This document shows positions 26,740 to 41,726 of a stretch of 64,000 nt of DNA, one piece after another (within the stretch, counting starts at the first letter, position 1; the number at the start of each line of letters is the position of its first letter). The notes below the pieces were generated by a model that had not been told where the DNA came from, did no database searches, and worked only from the letters and a program-made list of their open reading frames with translations. The translations under genes were made by a program, and so were the position numbers. The stretch covers positions 32,612,001 to 32,676,000 of the forward strand of contig OX597839.1 of assembly GCA_951406725.2 (NCBI GenBank), read 5' to 3'. This stretch comes from Octopus vulgaris. Its lineage: Eukaryota.

Positions 26740-27075
26740 GTGTGAGAGAGCAGTGCATGCCATCAAAGTGACACTGGGGTAAAATATATGAGGCCAGTAT
26801 ACCCATCATGACTACCCGTCTGATAAGGGTACACTAGGCACACGCATCACAACCATATGTGCGCGACATGGTGATCTCATATCAAGATAAACAGCACATG
26901 ACCTTGCAGGTGGGGCCCAGTTAGAATTTTCTTCAGGTTGAGTAGCCCATACCGCTCAAAAGGTCCCTGAATAAGGGTTGTTTAAGGATTTGAAAGAACC
27001 ACCCATGTTTCCAGAGGTGAATTATTCAAACCCCAAAGAATCCCTCTCAACACATGGCTATGATGCTCCCCCACT
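26740..27075 (-). mobile_element. Unclassified interspersed element (family D) embedded in (TAA)n
   Basis: Reverse-complement homology to 61580-61778. TTA repeats on both sides. Confidence 0.7.
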
Positions 27076-27089
27076 TATTATTATTATTA

Positions 27090-27120
<31 letters not shown>

Positions 27121-27198
27121 CATCATTGTGCTGGGGTCGATCTAATCGAGTGGCCCCTTCCCCAAAAGATATTGGACCTTGTGCCAAGAATAGAAAAG

Positions 27199-27230
<32 letters not shown>

Positions 27231-27709
27231 CTTTTCTACAATAGGCACAAGGCCTGAAATTTTGGGGGAACAATGCCAGATGTTTATTCCATCGGTGTCT
27301 TTTGTTGAACCGCTATGTTACGGGGACGTAAACGCACCAACACTGGTTTTGCCAAGTGGTGGTGAGAGACACACACACGGATACGTATACATATGACGGG
27401 CTTCTTTCAGTTTCCTTCATGCATATCCACTCACAACGGCTTTGTTCAGCCTGAGTCTATTATAGGTGCCACGCGGTGGGACTGAACTCGGAACCATGGG
27501 GCTGGAAAGTAAATTTCCTACTACACAACCACGTCTAATAATGATGATGATGATGATGATGATTTCTTTTATTATGCCCCACAGAGGCATAGATGAGGGG
27601 GACATCACAAGGACCGACAGCAATTTGTGTGGGGATTTACATAAAAGGGTGGGAAGAAAGAAATGGCAAAGATAGTGACACGCGATAAAAGGATACAAAT
27701 GCGAACGGC

Positions 27710-28101
27710 ATGGATGGAAGCACTCCGTCGGTTACGACGACGAGGGTTCCGATTGATCCGAATCAACGGAACAGCCTGCTCGTGAAATTAACGTGTAAGT
27801 GGCTGAGCACTCCACAGACACGTGTACCCTTAACGTAGTTCTCGGGGATATTCAGCGTGACACAGAGAGTGACAAGGCCGCCCCCTTTGAAATACAGGTA
27901 CAACAGAAACAGGAAGTAAGAGTGAGAGAAAGTTGTGGTGAAAGAGTACAGCAGGGATCACCACCATCTCCTGCCGGAGCCTCGTGGAGCTTTTAGGTGT
28001 TTTCGCTCAATAAACACTCACAACGCCCGGTCTGGGAATCGAAACCGCGATCCTATGACCGCGAGTCCGCTGCCCTAACCACTAGGCCATTGCGCCTCCA
28101 C
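27710..28101 (-). mobile_element. SINE family C with 10-bp TSD
   Basis: TSD ATGCGAACGG at 27699-27708 and 28102-28111. Confidence 0.9.
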
Positions 28102-28114
28102 ATGCGAACGGTAT

Positions 28115-28320
28115 AAGGTGGCGAGGAGCTGGCAGAAACGTTAGCACGCCGGGCGAAATGCTTAGCCGTATTTCGTCTGCCGCTATGTTCTGAGTTCAAA
28201 TTCCGCCGAGGTCGACTGTGCCTTTCATCCTTTCGGGGTCGATATCATCGACTTAATCCGTTTGTCTGTCCTTGTTTGTCCCCTCTATGTTTAGCCCCTT
28301 GTGGGCAGTAAAGAAATAAG
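28115..28320 (+). mobile_element. SINE family B, internally deleted
   Basis: Homology to 1557-1790. Confidence 0.85.
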
Positions 28321-29921
28321 GACCAAACAACAAAGCCAAAAGTACGGAACCCATAAAAGCGTTCCCATCTAGCTTCGATATTGGCCCCTACTGATCTAAA
28401 GATCACTTCGTACAACAACAGGCGGAACAAAAGCAATAACCACCATTTCTGATCAATGGAAAAGTCAATCCAGCTGTGCCCTATACCTCATAACATGCAC
28501 TGATAGTTGGCTGTAGTGGACGCCGCTCCGTCCGCGACCTTCGTCCTCTCCTCGTCCAGTGAACCGACAACCTTACGGAATAGTACTATCTTAAAGCATC
28601 GGCACACTGGGCAGCTGCACGGGGGCTCCACAAACCTAGGGACCCCAATTTTGATCTATGCATGCTGTGCCTTGCTGTCAATAAAGGAATATTATAGGAT
28701 CCGGTGAACCGAATTGCTCGGAACCTCAAGGGTCCAAGAGCTCATGGGTCCATGTATGTTATAGCTTGCTGTCAAGAAATAAATGCTATCGGGCCCAGTG
28801 GACTGATTTTCCTGGAGGCCCTTAATGCGCCTAAAACGACTCAGACCCGATTCAAATTCCCTAAATAGGACCTGATGTTTTATCCCCAAAATTCCGGGAT
28901 TAACTCCGTGCCCTCTTTTATTGAGATGATACAGTTTCATTCAGTCCTCTTCTCCAATCTAGACTGATGCAGGACCTTCCTCTTCCGCATCACCAGATTT
29001 AGATGAAGAGAGATTTTAGGCTATTCCACATGTGACCCCCACCACCAAAAGGCCTCTACGATAGGAACCTTCCCGAGTAATATATCGACCCATAGGGCCA
29101 GTTTCCCTATTCTCATGGCGTATATATTCCCCACCCTGACGGGCCACCGGTGCGCCGCAGGGTTACACTCATTTTTGCTAGTTGAGGGGACTGGAGCGAC
29201 GTGAAATAAAGTGTCTTGCTCAAGAACACAACGCGTTGCCCAGTCCAGGAATCGAAACTACAATCTTACGATCATGAATCCTACAACAATAACCATTAAG
29301 CCACGCAGAAAGGCCTCTAACAGTGTCAAAAATATCATATACGCCCTGGCTGGAGCCCATCTTCCGTTTCCGCCGCTCGCTAGATTTCGTGGTCCCCTGA
29401 CAGTTTTCTAGATAAACCCTTCATTGCTCTTCCCCAGTGCTCACCCAGCCTCACCCTTGTTGACACGAGTTTTACGCTCGGGTATTCCTTCTCACACCGA
29501 AAATATTGCTCTTTGAGACAGCGACCCCTCATTAAGGTTTAACCTGGTTGACGTGTACCACAACACAACACCCATTGGAGAGGGATATGCCCTTTTTCAA
29601 TGGAGTTTTCTCTATTCCTATTCCTGCTCGGGCCCTAAAGAAGACGGCTAGGGCAGGGTGGGGCAGGACAGATTGGGTGGGGACCACACTTTGTATCAGT
29701 GGCTTCAGGTAAAGAGGGCAGCACCTTGATTTGTTGTGACTGGGAGGCAGGCTGGGGTTCGGTCAGTCAACCCCTGCTGGGTTGCTGGGTTAACGGAGTG
29801 AAGGATCTGCTGTTGAAAAGCTCAACGTTCTTAGGACCCCACAAAAATCACTGATCGTGAGTAAATACACCTGTGCGTGCGCACATGTATGTATGTATGT
29901 ATGTATGTATGTATGTATGTA

Positions 29922-29964
<43 letters not shown>

Positions 29965-30022
29965 ATGAATGTATGTGTGTATGTATGTATGTGTGTGCAT
30001 GTATGTATGTATGTATATATGT

Positions 30023-30062
<40 letters not shown>

Positions 30063-30082
30063 ATGTATGTATGTATATATGT

Positions 30083-30122
<40 letters not shown>

Positions 30123-30289
30123 ATGTACGTACGTACGTATGTATGTATGTATGCATGTACGTACGTACGTACGTACGTATGTATGTATGTATGTGTGTGT
30201 GTATGTATGTTTGTATGTATGCATGTGGAAAATGGGGGAGTGTTGCTTTTGGGTGTGTGGGGTTTGTGGAAGGAGGTGCTTGATTCGTG

Positions 30290-30560
30290 GGGGCCTGGTC
30301 AGCCCTCAGAGAACTCACGGGAATTGACCCATGGCAAATTGTGACATGGCCGTTGTTCACAACAGAATATGTGCAACCTGTATTAAAGGTGTGCCTTTCA
30401 GTTGGAGGATCGGAAAGGCATGTCAAAGGGGTTCATACTGTGACACTGGTTCCCTCTGCCAGCCAGCACAGCTGTGCATTATGCAACAGAATGTGCAAAT
30501 CTTTGGCCAGGGTCTCAAGAGTCATACAGGGGCCTCACATGGCATCAACAATGACTCATT
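30290..30560 (+). mobile_element. Decayed RTE-like LINE C-terminus with zinc-finger-like motif
   Basis: SALRELTGIDPWQ ... CALCNRMCKSLA(frameshift)GLKSH. Confidence 0.5.
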
Positions 30561-30624
30561 TCGGTGATTCTGTCTGGCCATGGCTTTGCTCGTATATGAG
30601 AAAGCAAAGATGTATGTATGCATA

Positions 30625-30849
30625 CTCTTTTACTCTTTTACTCTTTTACTTGTTCCAGTCATTTGACTGCGGCCATGCTGGAGCACCGCCTTTTAATCGA
30701 GCAACTCGACCCCGGGACTTATTCTTTTGTAAGCCCAGTACTTATTCTATCGGTCTCTTTTGCCGAACCGCTAAGTAACGGGGACATAAACACACCAGCA
30801 TCGGTTGTCAAGCAATGCTAGGGGGACAAACACAGACACACAAACACAT

Positions 30850-30907
<58 letters not shown>

Positions 30908-31067
30908 GACGGGCTTCTTTTAGTTTCCGTCTACCAAATCCACTTACAAGACTTTGGTCGGCCCGGGGCTATATTAGAAGACACTTGCCCAAGGTGCCAC
31001 GCAGTGGGAATGAACCCGGAACCATGTGGCTGGTAAACAAGCTACTTACTACACAGCCACACCTGCG
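30625..31067 (-). mobile_element. SINE family A
   Basis: Homology to 4262-4660. Confidence 0.88.
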
Positions 31068-31369
31068 CATGTGGATGTGGATTTTTAACCGATATGTGTA
31101 GCAACAAAGATTGCAAAAATCGGGGAGAAATTGGGGGGAAAAAAAAACAGAAAAAATATTAAAAAAAGAAAGAAAAAGGAAAACTGGTTTTTCGGAAATT
31201 AAGTTTCTTAAGAAATGGTCATAAAGTATCGAGTTCCAGATATAGCTTTCTTATTCTCGTCGTCGGAGATGCTTGAACCAATATTTCAGCGAGATTTCAC
31301 TGCTTGTAAAATATATAAACTAACGACGCTATAGTTCAATACTTGCAATATAAACGTAATGACTAAAGG

Positions 31370-32040
31370 AGAGAGAGAGAGAGAGAAAGCGATATATATA
31401 GAGAGAGAAAGCGATATATATATATAGAGAGAAAGCGATATATATATAGAGAGAGAGAGAAAGCGATATATATATAGAGAGAGAAAGCGATATAGAGAGA
31501 GAGAGAGAAAGCGATATAGAGAGAGTGAACGATAGAGAGAGAGTGAACGATAGAGAGAGAGAGTGAACGATAGAGAGAGAGAGAGTGAACGATAGAGAGA
31601 GAGAGAGTGAACGATAGAGAGAAAGTGATATAGAGAGTAAGCGATATAGAGAGCGTGAGCAATATAAAGAGTATGAGCGATATAGAGAGTGAGCGATAAA
31701 GAGAGAGTAAGCAATATAGAGAAAGAAAGTGATACAGACAGAGTGAGCGATATAGAGAGAGGGAACGATATAAAGTGAGTGGGCGATATAGAGAGAGGGA
31801 ACGATATAAAGAGATTGAGCGATATAGAGAGAGTGAGCGATATAAAGAGATTGAGCGATATAGAGAGAGGGAACGATATAACGAGAGAGCGATATAGAGA
31901 GAGGGAACGATATAAAGAGAGTGAGCGATATAGAGAGAGGAAACGATATAAAGAGAGTGAGCGATATAGAGAGAGTGAGTGATGATGAGAAAGCGATATA
32001 GAGAGTGAGTGATATAAAAAGAGAGAGAGAGAGAGAGAGA
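31370..32040. repeat. GAGCGATATAGAGAGA-like minisatellite (about 18-20 bp)
   Basis: Direct inspection. Confidence 0.9.
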
Positions 32041-33589
32041 CCAAGAGAAAGAAAGAGAAAAGTGGGGGAAAGAAAGGAAGAGGGAATAGGTAGGCGATGG
32101 TTTTGCTGCGAAGCGACACCAGTTACCGACTACCATCATCGGCTCGCTCACCGCGCCGTAACCCCTGATCACTGACTGCTGCCGCCTTTACCAGCAGCAG
32201 AGACGGAGAGAGGGGGGTTCACTGACTGACTGCCTGCCTGCCAGCCTGTCTGCCTGCTTGCCCGTCTGCCTGCCTGCCTGACACACAAGACAGGCAGACA
32301 GGCAGTCAGACTGAGAAACCGAGAGAGACTTGATTTTTTTATCTTTTATTTATTATTTTTTGTTGTAAACAATTTTTATATTTTATTTATTTGCTTATAT
32401 GTATTTTTATTTATATTTTTTTATTTTATTTGTTTGTAAACAATTTTTATATTTTATTTATTTGCTTATATGTACTTTTATTTATATATTTTTTTTTATT
32501 TGTTTGTAAACAATTTTTATATATTTTTTATTTATACTTTTTATTTTATTTGTTTTAATTTTTATATTTTATTTATGTTTATATGTATTTTTATTTATAT
32601 TTTTTTATTTTATTTGTTTGTGAACAATTTTTTTTCTATAATGAAACCGTTTCAGTTTATTTATTGTTGTTTATTAAAATTAATAGAGTTAATTAATGTT
32701 TGTTGTATGTAATCAGTGAGCCAAAGCGGAGTCTGTGTCGTTTAGAAAAAAGCTCGCGTTACTACAAACAGAGCGATTTCGGGTTCAACTTCATTGCACG
32801 GCATTTTGTGAGTGAATTTTGCTGAACGAAAAAGAAATAGGCGGAAACCTGTCGCTCACGGGCACACACACTCAACATGTACACACACACACACAAACGC
32901 ACAGGTACTCACACACGAACACACACACACACGCATGCATATATACATATTGCATGTGAGCAGACGTGTGTGTGTGTGTGTGTCTGCAGTTTTGTGTGTG
33001 AATTTGATTGGAAATTTCGAATAGAGACGAAGAGAGGGAGATGGTGGGAGAGAGAGAGGAGAGGAGAGAGAGGATTGAGATAGAAAGAGAGACAGAAACA
33101 GAGGAAGAGAGAGAGACAGAGGAAGAGAGAGAGAGAGGAAGAGAGAGAGAGAAAGAGAGAGACAGAGACAGTGAGAGAGACAGAGAGACAGAGACAGAGG
33201 AAGAGGAAGAGAGAGAAAGAAGGAGAGGGAGGGAGAGATAGTTGAGATGATGTGAGTGGTGCAATGGCGGAAAGTGAAAGTGTGTGGTTGTGGGGAGAGC
33301 GATGGGAAGAAGGTGAAGGGAGGTAACTAAGTCGATTGGAAAAGGAAAAGAGAAAAGAATCCGTTTGACGGAGACGGGTTGGTGTTGTAAGGAGGGGATG
33401 GAGGGGGGAAAATGGACCAAGAGGGTGAAGGGATGGAAAGAGGTGAGAGAGAGAGGGAGAGGGACAAAGGGAGGGAGAGAGAGAGAGAGGATGGAAGACA
33501 AGGAATACGGAGTCAGTAGAAAGCTTAAAGGTGACATGAGGCGAGGAAAGCTTGTCTGAGTAGGGTTAAGGTTAGGAATAGGGTTAGGC

Positions 33590-34060
33590 AGGGAGAGAGA
33601 GAGAGAGAGAGGAGGGAGAGAGAGAAGGAGGGAGAGAGAGAAGGAGGGAGAGAGAGAAGGGTGAGAGAGAGAAGGGTGAGAGAGAGAAGGAGGGAGAGAG
33701 AGAGGAGAGAGAGAGAGAGGAGGGTGAGAGAGAAGGAGGGAGAGAGAGAGAAGGGGAGAGAGAGAAGAAGGGAGAGAGAGAAGGAGGGAGAGAGAGAAGG
33801 GTGAGAGAGAGAAGGAGGGAGAGAGAGAGAAGGAGGGAGAGAGAGAAGGAAGGAGAGAGACGAGGAAGAGAGAGAAAGAGAGAGAAAAGGAGGGAGAGAG
33901 AGAGAAAGAGAGAGAGAGAGAGAAGGAGGGAGAGAGAGAAAGAGAGAAGGAGGGAGAGAGAGAAAGAGAGAAGGAGGGAGAGAGAGAAAGAGAGAAGGAG
34001 GGAGAGAGAGATAAGAAGGGTGAGAGAGAGAGAAGGAGGGAGAGAGAGAGAGGGAAAGAG
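33590..34060. repeat. Polypurine (GA/GGA) tract
   Basis: Direct inspection. Confidence 0.9.
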
Positions 34061-34358
34061 AAATCCTTCTCAGTCTCATAGCTTTGACCTAATTTTAGAA
34101 TAAGTGTGTATGACCGTGTATGTATGTGTGTGTATATATATAGTCGATTTGCTCGACTAAAGGCGGTGCTCCAGCATGGCCACAGTCAAACGACTGAAAC
34201 AAGTAAAAGAATAAAAGAGTATATTATTTCCTTGTGTTTGTATATGTACATTCGTTTGCCTTGCTCAAATGCTTAAAGCATTCAGCTTAAGCCCTTGGCC
34301 CAACTGGTTTCGAGTAGATAAAACTTAAGATATGTTTCGACCAAAGATTGGTCTAGGC

Positions 34359-34577
34359 CAGTGGTTTTCAACCAGGGAACCGCGGAACCTTAGGGTTCCG
34401 CCAGTACAGTCCAGGGGTTCCGCAAGAAGTTACAAAACTGCTAAAATCAGGAGTAATTTTTAATTCTCCTGTGCAGATATGTGTGCACAAGACTATTAAA
34501 TTATTGCACAGGGGTTCCTCGAGCCAGTGGAATGTTTCCTTGGGGTTCCGCTCCAGCAAAAAGTTTGAAAAGCACTG
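34359..34577. mobile_element. hAT-type MITE with 8-bp TSD
   Basis: TIRs CAGTGGTTTTCAACC / TTTGAAAAGCACTG. TSD GTCTAGGC at 34351-34358 and 34578-34585. Confidence 0.92.
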
Positions 34578-34621
34578 GTCTAGGCTATGTCTAACTTAAT
34601 AGCACCATCTGATAGGATTAT

Positions 34622-36010
34622 CTAAATCCTTTTTAAAGTCAAGTTTTGCGGCATTCTGACCCATTCAAATAGTGACCTCTTGTTGAGTGAGTTGTATCCA
34701 GGTATGGGTGGCTTATCCGGTATTCCTTGAAGAAATTTGTCCAAACTCCGTTTAAAGGTGATGGGATCCTTTTCCTCTTTGATCAGTTTAGGGACAATGT
34801 TGAACAGGGCAGGGCCTGTTGAGGAAAAGAAACTGTGTCGCAGTGTACCCATATGTTGTGATCCTGAATTGGGCAGGGGACGTATGGCCCGTGGTCCCAG
34901 TCTTGGATGAACCTTGAAACTAATGTTCAGGTCGTTTGGGCAATGCTGGCGGTATATCCTCCACATCGTAGAAATGATGTACCGCTCGCGGTGGCATTGG
35001 AGAGAGTAGAGTTTCAAGGCTTTAAGGCGGTCCCAGTATTCGAGATCAGTCATGCTTTCAATTCGTTTAGCGATTGCCCTATGGTGTGATTCAATTTTCG
35101 AGATGTTTTGTTTGGTACGGGGGGGGGGGGGAGCACAAGGGGCAGCAGTATTCGAGGTGTGGCTGTACAAAGGAGGAGAAAAGTGGAATGATGACACCTT
35201 GTTCTCTGGACCGGAAGGTTCTTAAGATCCAGGAGCTCATCCTACGAGCTATATCGACCTTATTGTTGATGTGGGCACTCCAACTGAGATTGTTATCGAC
35301 AATTACACCCAGGTCTCTGATATTATTAGATGCTGTGAGCGGTTCCTCTGAAGGAAGAGAGTATGGCTGTTTTAGTATAAACTTTCTTCCAAAATGCATC
35401 AGCTCAAATTTTCCCTCGTTCAGTTGTATTTTGTTTTTGTCTGCCCATTGACTCAGAGCATAGAGATCAGACTGGAGTTGAGTTCGGTCTGCTTCTTCAT
35501 TGATGATTTGCTGGAGCTTAGTGTCATCAGCAAATAGTTTCACTTTGCAGTGATTTACAACGCCGGAAAGGTAGTTTACGTAGATTATAAAGAGGAGCGG
35601 GCCCAAGACAGTCCCCTGAGGGACACCATTGGTGACTTATGCTGGGCTTGAGTGGACTCCATCGACTACAACATGTTGTGTTCTATTCGCCAGGAAATAC
35701 TTACTGAAGTCAAGATATATGACATCAGAGTTCGAACCTGTTCCCAAGGCTTTAAGTATATCTTCAATGTGGTGTAAGAGCTGTGTTAGACAGTCCCTGC
35801 CACAGCGAAAGCCATACTGATTTGCATTTAGGAGTTTGTGGATCTCCAAGAAGTCAGCTATCCTTGATCTTAACACTCTTTCAAACATTTTATTGATGTG
35901 GGAGGTGAGTGAGATTGGGCGATAGTTGACTGCGAGGAATCTGTTTCCCTGTTTGAAAACCGGGATGACAGACTGGGTTGGGAGCTGTTTCGGTTTATAA
36001 CCTGAGTCTA
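34622..36010 (-). mobile_element. 5'-truncated CR1/Jockey-group LINE, RT pseudogene
   Basis: NYRPISLTS, QYGFR.GR.C, VIYLDFSK, GVPQGTVLGPLLF, FADDTKL, PHLEYCCP, FKRSLDKFL. Carries a deletion, a stop and a frameshift. Confidence 0.93.
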
Positions 36011-36355
36011 AAGACTATATGTAATTTAATAAAAAACAGGATTTATATTTGGAGTTACGTCAAATTTCATTGAGTAAGCAATTGAAATAATGATGCAATG
36101 AAAATTACTCGGGAATGTCTTTTGCATCCAGAACATATAGTTAAGTTGAGGGTGATATTCTTAATGTAACTTGCTCCCTTCATCCGCCACACCATTTTTT
36201 TGCCATTGATGCAGAGAAATATAATTAGTTTTGATGATATTTCTTGTTAAAAACAAAGGACACAACTCTAAAATCAAAATTAAAATCACGCTGTGGAGAG
36301 AGTTTATCTGGTTTGTTCGAGCTTTAATAAATTCGATGATCATCTTTCCTGACAC

Positions 36356-36414
<59 letters not shown>

Positions 36415-36785
36415 GAGAAAGAATTTTTATATTTTACTGATACATAAGCGACAAGAGAGATCAACGAACCGATCCTTGTACATTAATAAACGAAATAAAA
36501 ACTTGCGAGCAACATATGAATGAGAAAGTAAGGGGTGATAGATGAATAAGGAAGGAAGGAAGGAAGGAAGGAAGGAAGGAAGGAAGGGGTGATGGCAAAC
36601 TTGGTAGTGGGATGATGGAAGTTCTACAGTAAGAAAAATCAAACAGCGTTTCAACTCTGCGTAAGTATATGTGCGTGTATGTAAAAGGGAGTAATGTTAA
36701 TATATATATGTGTGTGTGTGCCTGCAATGGAAGTGGGATGGTGAACATTCAACGCTGAAAAGAAAAATCAAACAGCGTTTCAACC

Positions 36786-36853
<68 letters not shown>

Positions 36854-37066
36854 ATGTACAAGGGAAGCATGTGTATGTCTGTGATCATTATGTACCTTAT
36901 TTATATATAAATCTATCTACTTGTCTGTCTATCTATCTGTCTGTCTATCTGTCTATCTATGTATGTATGCATGCATGTATGTATGTGTGTATCTATCTAT
37001 CTATCTATCTGTGTCTGTCTGCCTACCTGCCTGTCTGTCTACCTGTATATTTTTCTTTATTTCTTC

Positions 37067-37118
<52 letters not shown>

Positions 37119-37210
37119 CCCTCTCTCTCTCTCTCTATGTGTGTGTGTGTGTGTGTGTGTTCATCACTCTGTCCACGCGACGTCCGACCTTCCGTTCGGC
37201 TCTTGGCTTG

Positions 37211-37247
<37 letters not shown>

Positions 37248-37563
37248 GACTGTCTGTCTCCCTTTCCCTTCCTTCTCTCTTCCCCCTCTCTCCCTTCCCC
37301 ACCTCTCTCCCCCACTCAGGTTAATCTCTCATTATGCTAATCAAAGCGGAGAGTTTGACACTTGGCACGGCAGGCTTAAGGAAACGACTTCTCTTCTCTT
37401 CCCCTCCGCTCATTATTTACAAGACGTGTGTTTATGTGTGCCTGTGTGTGTGTGCGTGCATGCGTGTGTATCTCGGTGCGTGTGTATCTCGGTGGGTAAG
37501 AAGTGTATGGCGGATGAAGGGGGTAGAAGGATTAAGTGGGAAATAAAATTGTGTCGATGACCG

Positions 37564-37601
<38 letters not shown>

Positions 37602-37857
37602 AGCGGTGGGACCGTCACAGAAGACCAGACTAAAGGAGGGGAATGGAGGAGGGCTGGAGTGTCAAGTTATTAGCTAATAGGACATCTCTGGGTTGTCCGT
37701 TTTGGGGGCGTGTGTGTATGTGTGAGTCTGTGTGTGTGTGCGTGCGCGTTGTGTGCATGTGTGTGTCTGTGCGTGTGTGTATGCGTACGCGTGCGTGTGT
37801 GTGTGCGTGTGTGAGAGTGTGTCTATATAAACGCGCAAATGCATACACACAGATGCA

Positions 37858-38088
37858 TACTCTTTTACTCTTTTACTCGTTTCAGTCATTTGACTGCGGC
37901 CATGCTGGAGCACCGCCTTTAGTCGAGCAAATCGACCCCGGGACTTATTCTTTTGTTAGCCCAGTACTTATTCTATCGGTCTCTTTTGCTGAACCGCTAA
38001 GTGACGGGGACGTAAACACACCAGCATCGGTTGTCAAGCAATGCTAGGGGGACAAACACAGACACACAAACCCACAAACACACACACT

Positions 38089-38122
<34 letters not shown>

Positions 38123-38286
38123 TACGACAGGCTTCTTTCAGTTTCCGTCTACCAAATCCACTCACAAGGCATTGGTCGGCCCGGGGCTATAGCAGAAGAC
38201 ACTTGCCCAAGATGCCACGCAGTGGGACAGAACCCGCAACCATGTGGTTGGTTAGCAAGCTACTTACCACACAGCCACTCCTGCGC
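37858..38286 (-). mobile_element. SINE family A
   Basis: Homology to 4262-4660. Confidence 0.88.
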
Positions 38287-38315
38287 ATATATATGTGTGT
38301 GTGTATATGTATGTA

Positions 38316-38384
<69 letters not shown>

Positions 38385-38534
38385 CTCTATATATATATAT
38401 ACTTTGGGTATGGTAAGTGAGTTCAGCAAAAATTTAGATTCAGATGAATATGGTACTTAAGTTAAAGGCACCAGAATTTAACACGGTATTATCCATATAA
38501 TTTCAAAGTAAGGTAATTAAAATCAAAACAAGCA

Positions 38535-38607
38535 ACAAGGATATCCAGAGGTAATGCAGTACGATCGTTTCATGCGATCGGACTGCATTACCTTTGGGTA
38601 TCCTTGT
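38535..38607 (+). repeat. 33-bp-arm inverted repeat (hairpin) with 7-nt loop
   Basis: ACAAGGATATCCAGAGGTAATGCAGTACGATCG-tttcatg-CGATCGGACTGCATTACCTTTGGGTATCCTTGT. Confidence 0.9.
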
Positions 38608-39149
38608 ATACTTGTCGCTTATTTTATTTATATATAACATTTAATAAAATGATGTAGTACGAAACGATCGTACCAAATTACCAGAGTCATTCTTGTTGCT
38701 TATTTTGATTATATATATATACATACATATCTGAAGATGTATTCATACACACTTGTACAGGTGATCTATACACATCTGTCAGTATGTTTGCATGCGTATA
38801 TATATATGCATGTATGTATGACTACATATACACACATATATAAACGTATCTATGTATAAGATTATATATGTATGTACATATGTGTATGTATACATACACA
38901 TATAAATATATAGATGTACGTAAAAATATATATGCATACACACACATATGTATGTATGTATGTATGTATGCGATTCATGAGACAAATTCGTGTGTATATA
39001 GATATGTTTCTCGCTCTGTCCGAGTTTTCATGAACGCGTGTATATATGTATGTATGACTGTGTTTCTACAAGAAAAGGCGTCTCCCAAGATATACACACA
39101 AACACACACATACAATACTAATATGTATACACACGCGCACTTACATATG

Positions 39150-39194
<45 letters not shown>

Positions 39195-39212
39195 GTGTGC
39201 ATATATATGTGC

Positions 39213-39291
<79 letters not shown>

Positions 39292-39409
39292 TAAAAATTA
39301 AATATACATATATGTGTATGTGTGTGTGTGTGTGTGTGTAGATATGTTTGTATAATCCAAACGCTTATATAAACATGATTGTATGTTTACACAATGCTAG
39401 TATGCATGA

Positions 39410-39462
<53 letters not shown>

Positions 39463-39568
39463 TTCGTGAATGCATAAAGATATATATATATATATATATA
39501 TATAAGTATTCGTGAATGCATAAAGATATATATATGTGTGTATGCGTGTATATGTATATATATATTTG

Positions 39569-39601
<33 letters not shown>

Positions 39602-39796
39602 GTATTATATTAAATTAGAGATAAAACCACTATTAGGCAAATCAAACAGTGAAAATCATAAACCAAAATACATAGAAATAAAATTAATTAAAAAAAAAAA
39701 ATAAAATATAAAAAATATAAAATTCCAAATTAAATATATATATATACACACACACATATATATGCATGTCTATATGTATATTTATCTATCTATACA

Positions 39797-39828
<32 letters not shown>

Positions 39829-40794
39829 CTCACACACACACACACACACACAAACAAACAAACGTTCGTGAATGCAAATTATAATAATTCTGAATAAATT
39901 AATTAATAATCATCAAAAAGGAATGTAGTAGAAGAGATACAGGGGCGTTTCAAAATTAGAAACAACTGCGGATGAAACAAAAATCACTGAAAACAACAAC
40001 AAAAAAATAGTATGCCGACATTATACATACATACCTACATACATTATATATATATATATATATACATCATTTTATTAAATGTTATATATATATATAATAT
40101 ATGTTAAATTGAGGCAGCCGCCCTCCCTAGAGGTTCATGACCTTTCAGAGAAAAGTAAGAAGCTGCTGTCGCTAAAGGTTCGAATGTCGCGTTTTAATGA
40201 TTCTTCTTTTTTTTTTTAACCATTTTTTGTTGTTGTTGTTGTTGTTTATTTTTTATATATTTTTAACTTTGTTGTCCTCTCTTTCCTTCTTCCATGGTTA
40301 TTCTGTATTTTTTCGCTGCAGCTTAATGTATGCAGGCTGTGTATGAATGCAGCACCTGTATATATTATATACTGTAGCCTCTGGGCTGTATATATACATA
40401 CATACATATCATACATGCATGCATATGTGTGTGTGTGTGTGTAATATATATGCATTTATGTATGAATGCATCTATGTGTGTGCATATATATGTATAGAGA
40501 TATGCGTGTGTGCATATAGAAATGTGACCATATACGTATGTGTTTGTGTACGCATCTGTGGTATCAGCTGTATATATATATATATATATATGCTTGTATG
40601 TAAGAATGCATGTATGTATGTATGTTGATATTTATATATGCATGTATGTATGTATATATATATGTTGATTGATATAAACATAGATGCATACATGCGTACA
40701 GTGATGCATACATGCATATAAATAAATAAATATATATATATAATATACATATATATATATTATACATATATATATGTGTATTATACATACATAC

Positions 40795-40825
<31 letters not shown>

Positions 40826-40856
40826 CGTGCATTTATATGTAAATACACACACACAC

Positions 40857-40897
<41 letters not shown>

Positions 40898-40951
40898 TAT
40901 ATATATGCATCTTATGTATGTATTTTTATATCAATCAACACACACACACAC

Positions 40952-41000
<49 letters not shown>

Positions 41001-41726
41001 TGTATGTATGCATAAAGCATTTGCGTTGTTCTGTAAGTGCATACATAATTTATACGCATGCCGACGTACATACATACATATGTTGTATGTATGTGTGTAT
41101 TTATGTATATATATGTATGTGTTTGTTTGTGTGTGCGATTGTGTGTGTGTGTGTTTGCACATATGTATTTCCGTTGCTGGAGATTTACTCTGAGTTCTTT
41201 GCACAAGTTAATCCAGTCACCAACCAATGTCGCAAACCGTTTTATCGTTTACGTATCGAAACAGTTGCACAGATGAAGAATATGTTAAAGACCTCCTCAT
41301 ATATGCGCACATATGTAGGCCTATACGTTTGTATATACTTGAACTCTTGTAACAGGTATACATAGCTTTTTTTGTGTATGGGTCTCATTATTTTTTCATG
41401 CCTATGTGTATCTGTGAGAGAATGTGTGTATGCTGTATACATACGTTTGATTGTGTATATATGATCCTTCCAGGAAACTCACTCTGATAATCTTTAGAAT
41501 GTTTCACATATATTTACCGTTCCGCTGATCGACCGCGTTGCAAAGAAGCGTCTCAATTTTTCTTGTTCTTTCTTGGAAAACCCCAGTGTATCCAGACCTT
41601 TACGCAAATCTATTGTTGCATTCACTAGGGTACCTATAATCATTTCTACTAAAGGCACAAGGCCTGAAATTGTGGGTGTGTGTGTGAGGAGGGGACTTGT
41701 CGATTACATCAAGCCCAGTGTTTCTC

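Noticed and set aside
33560-33590. Telomere-like TTAGGG stretch
   Set aside because: Only about 4 degenerate units.
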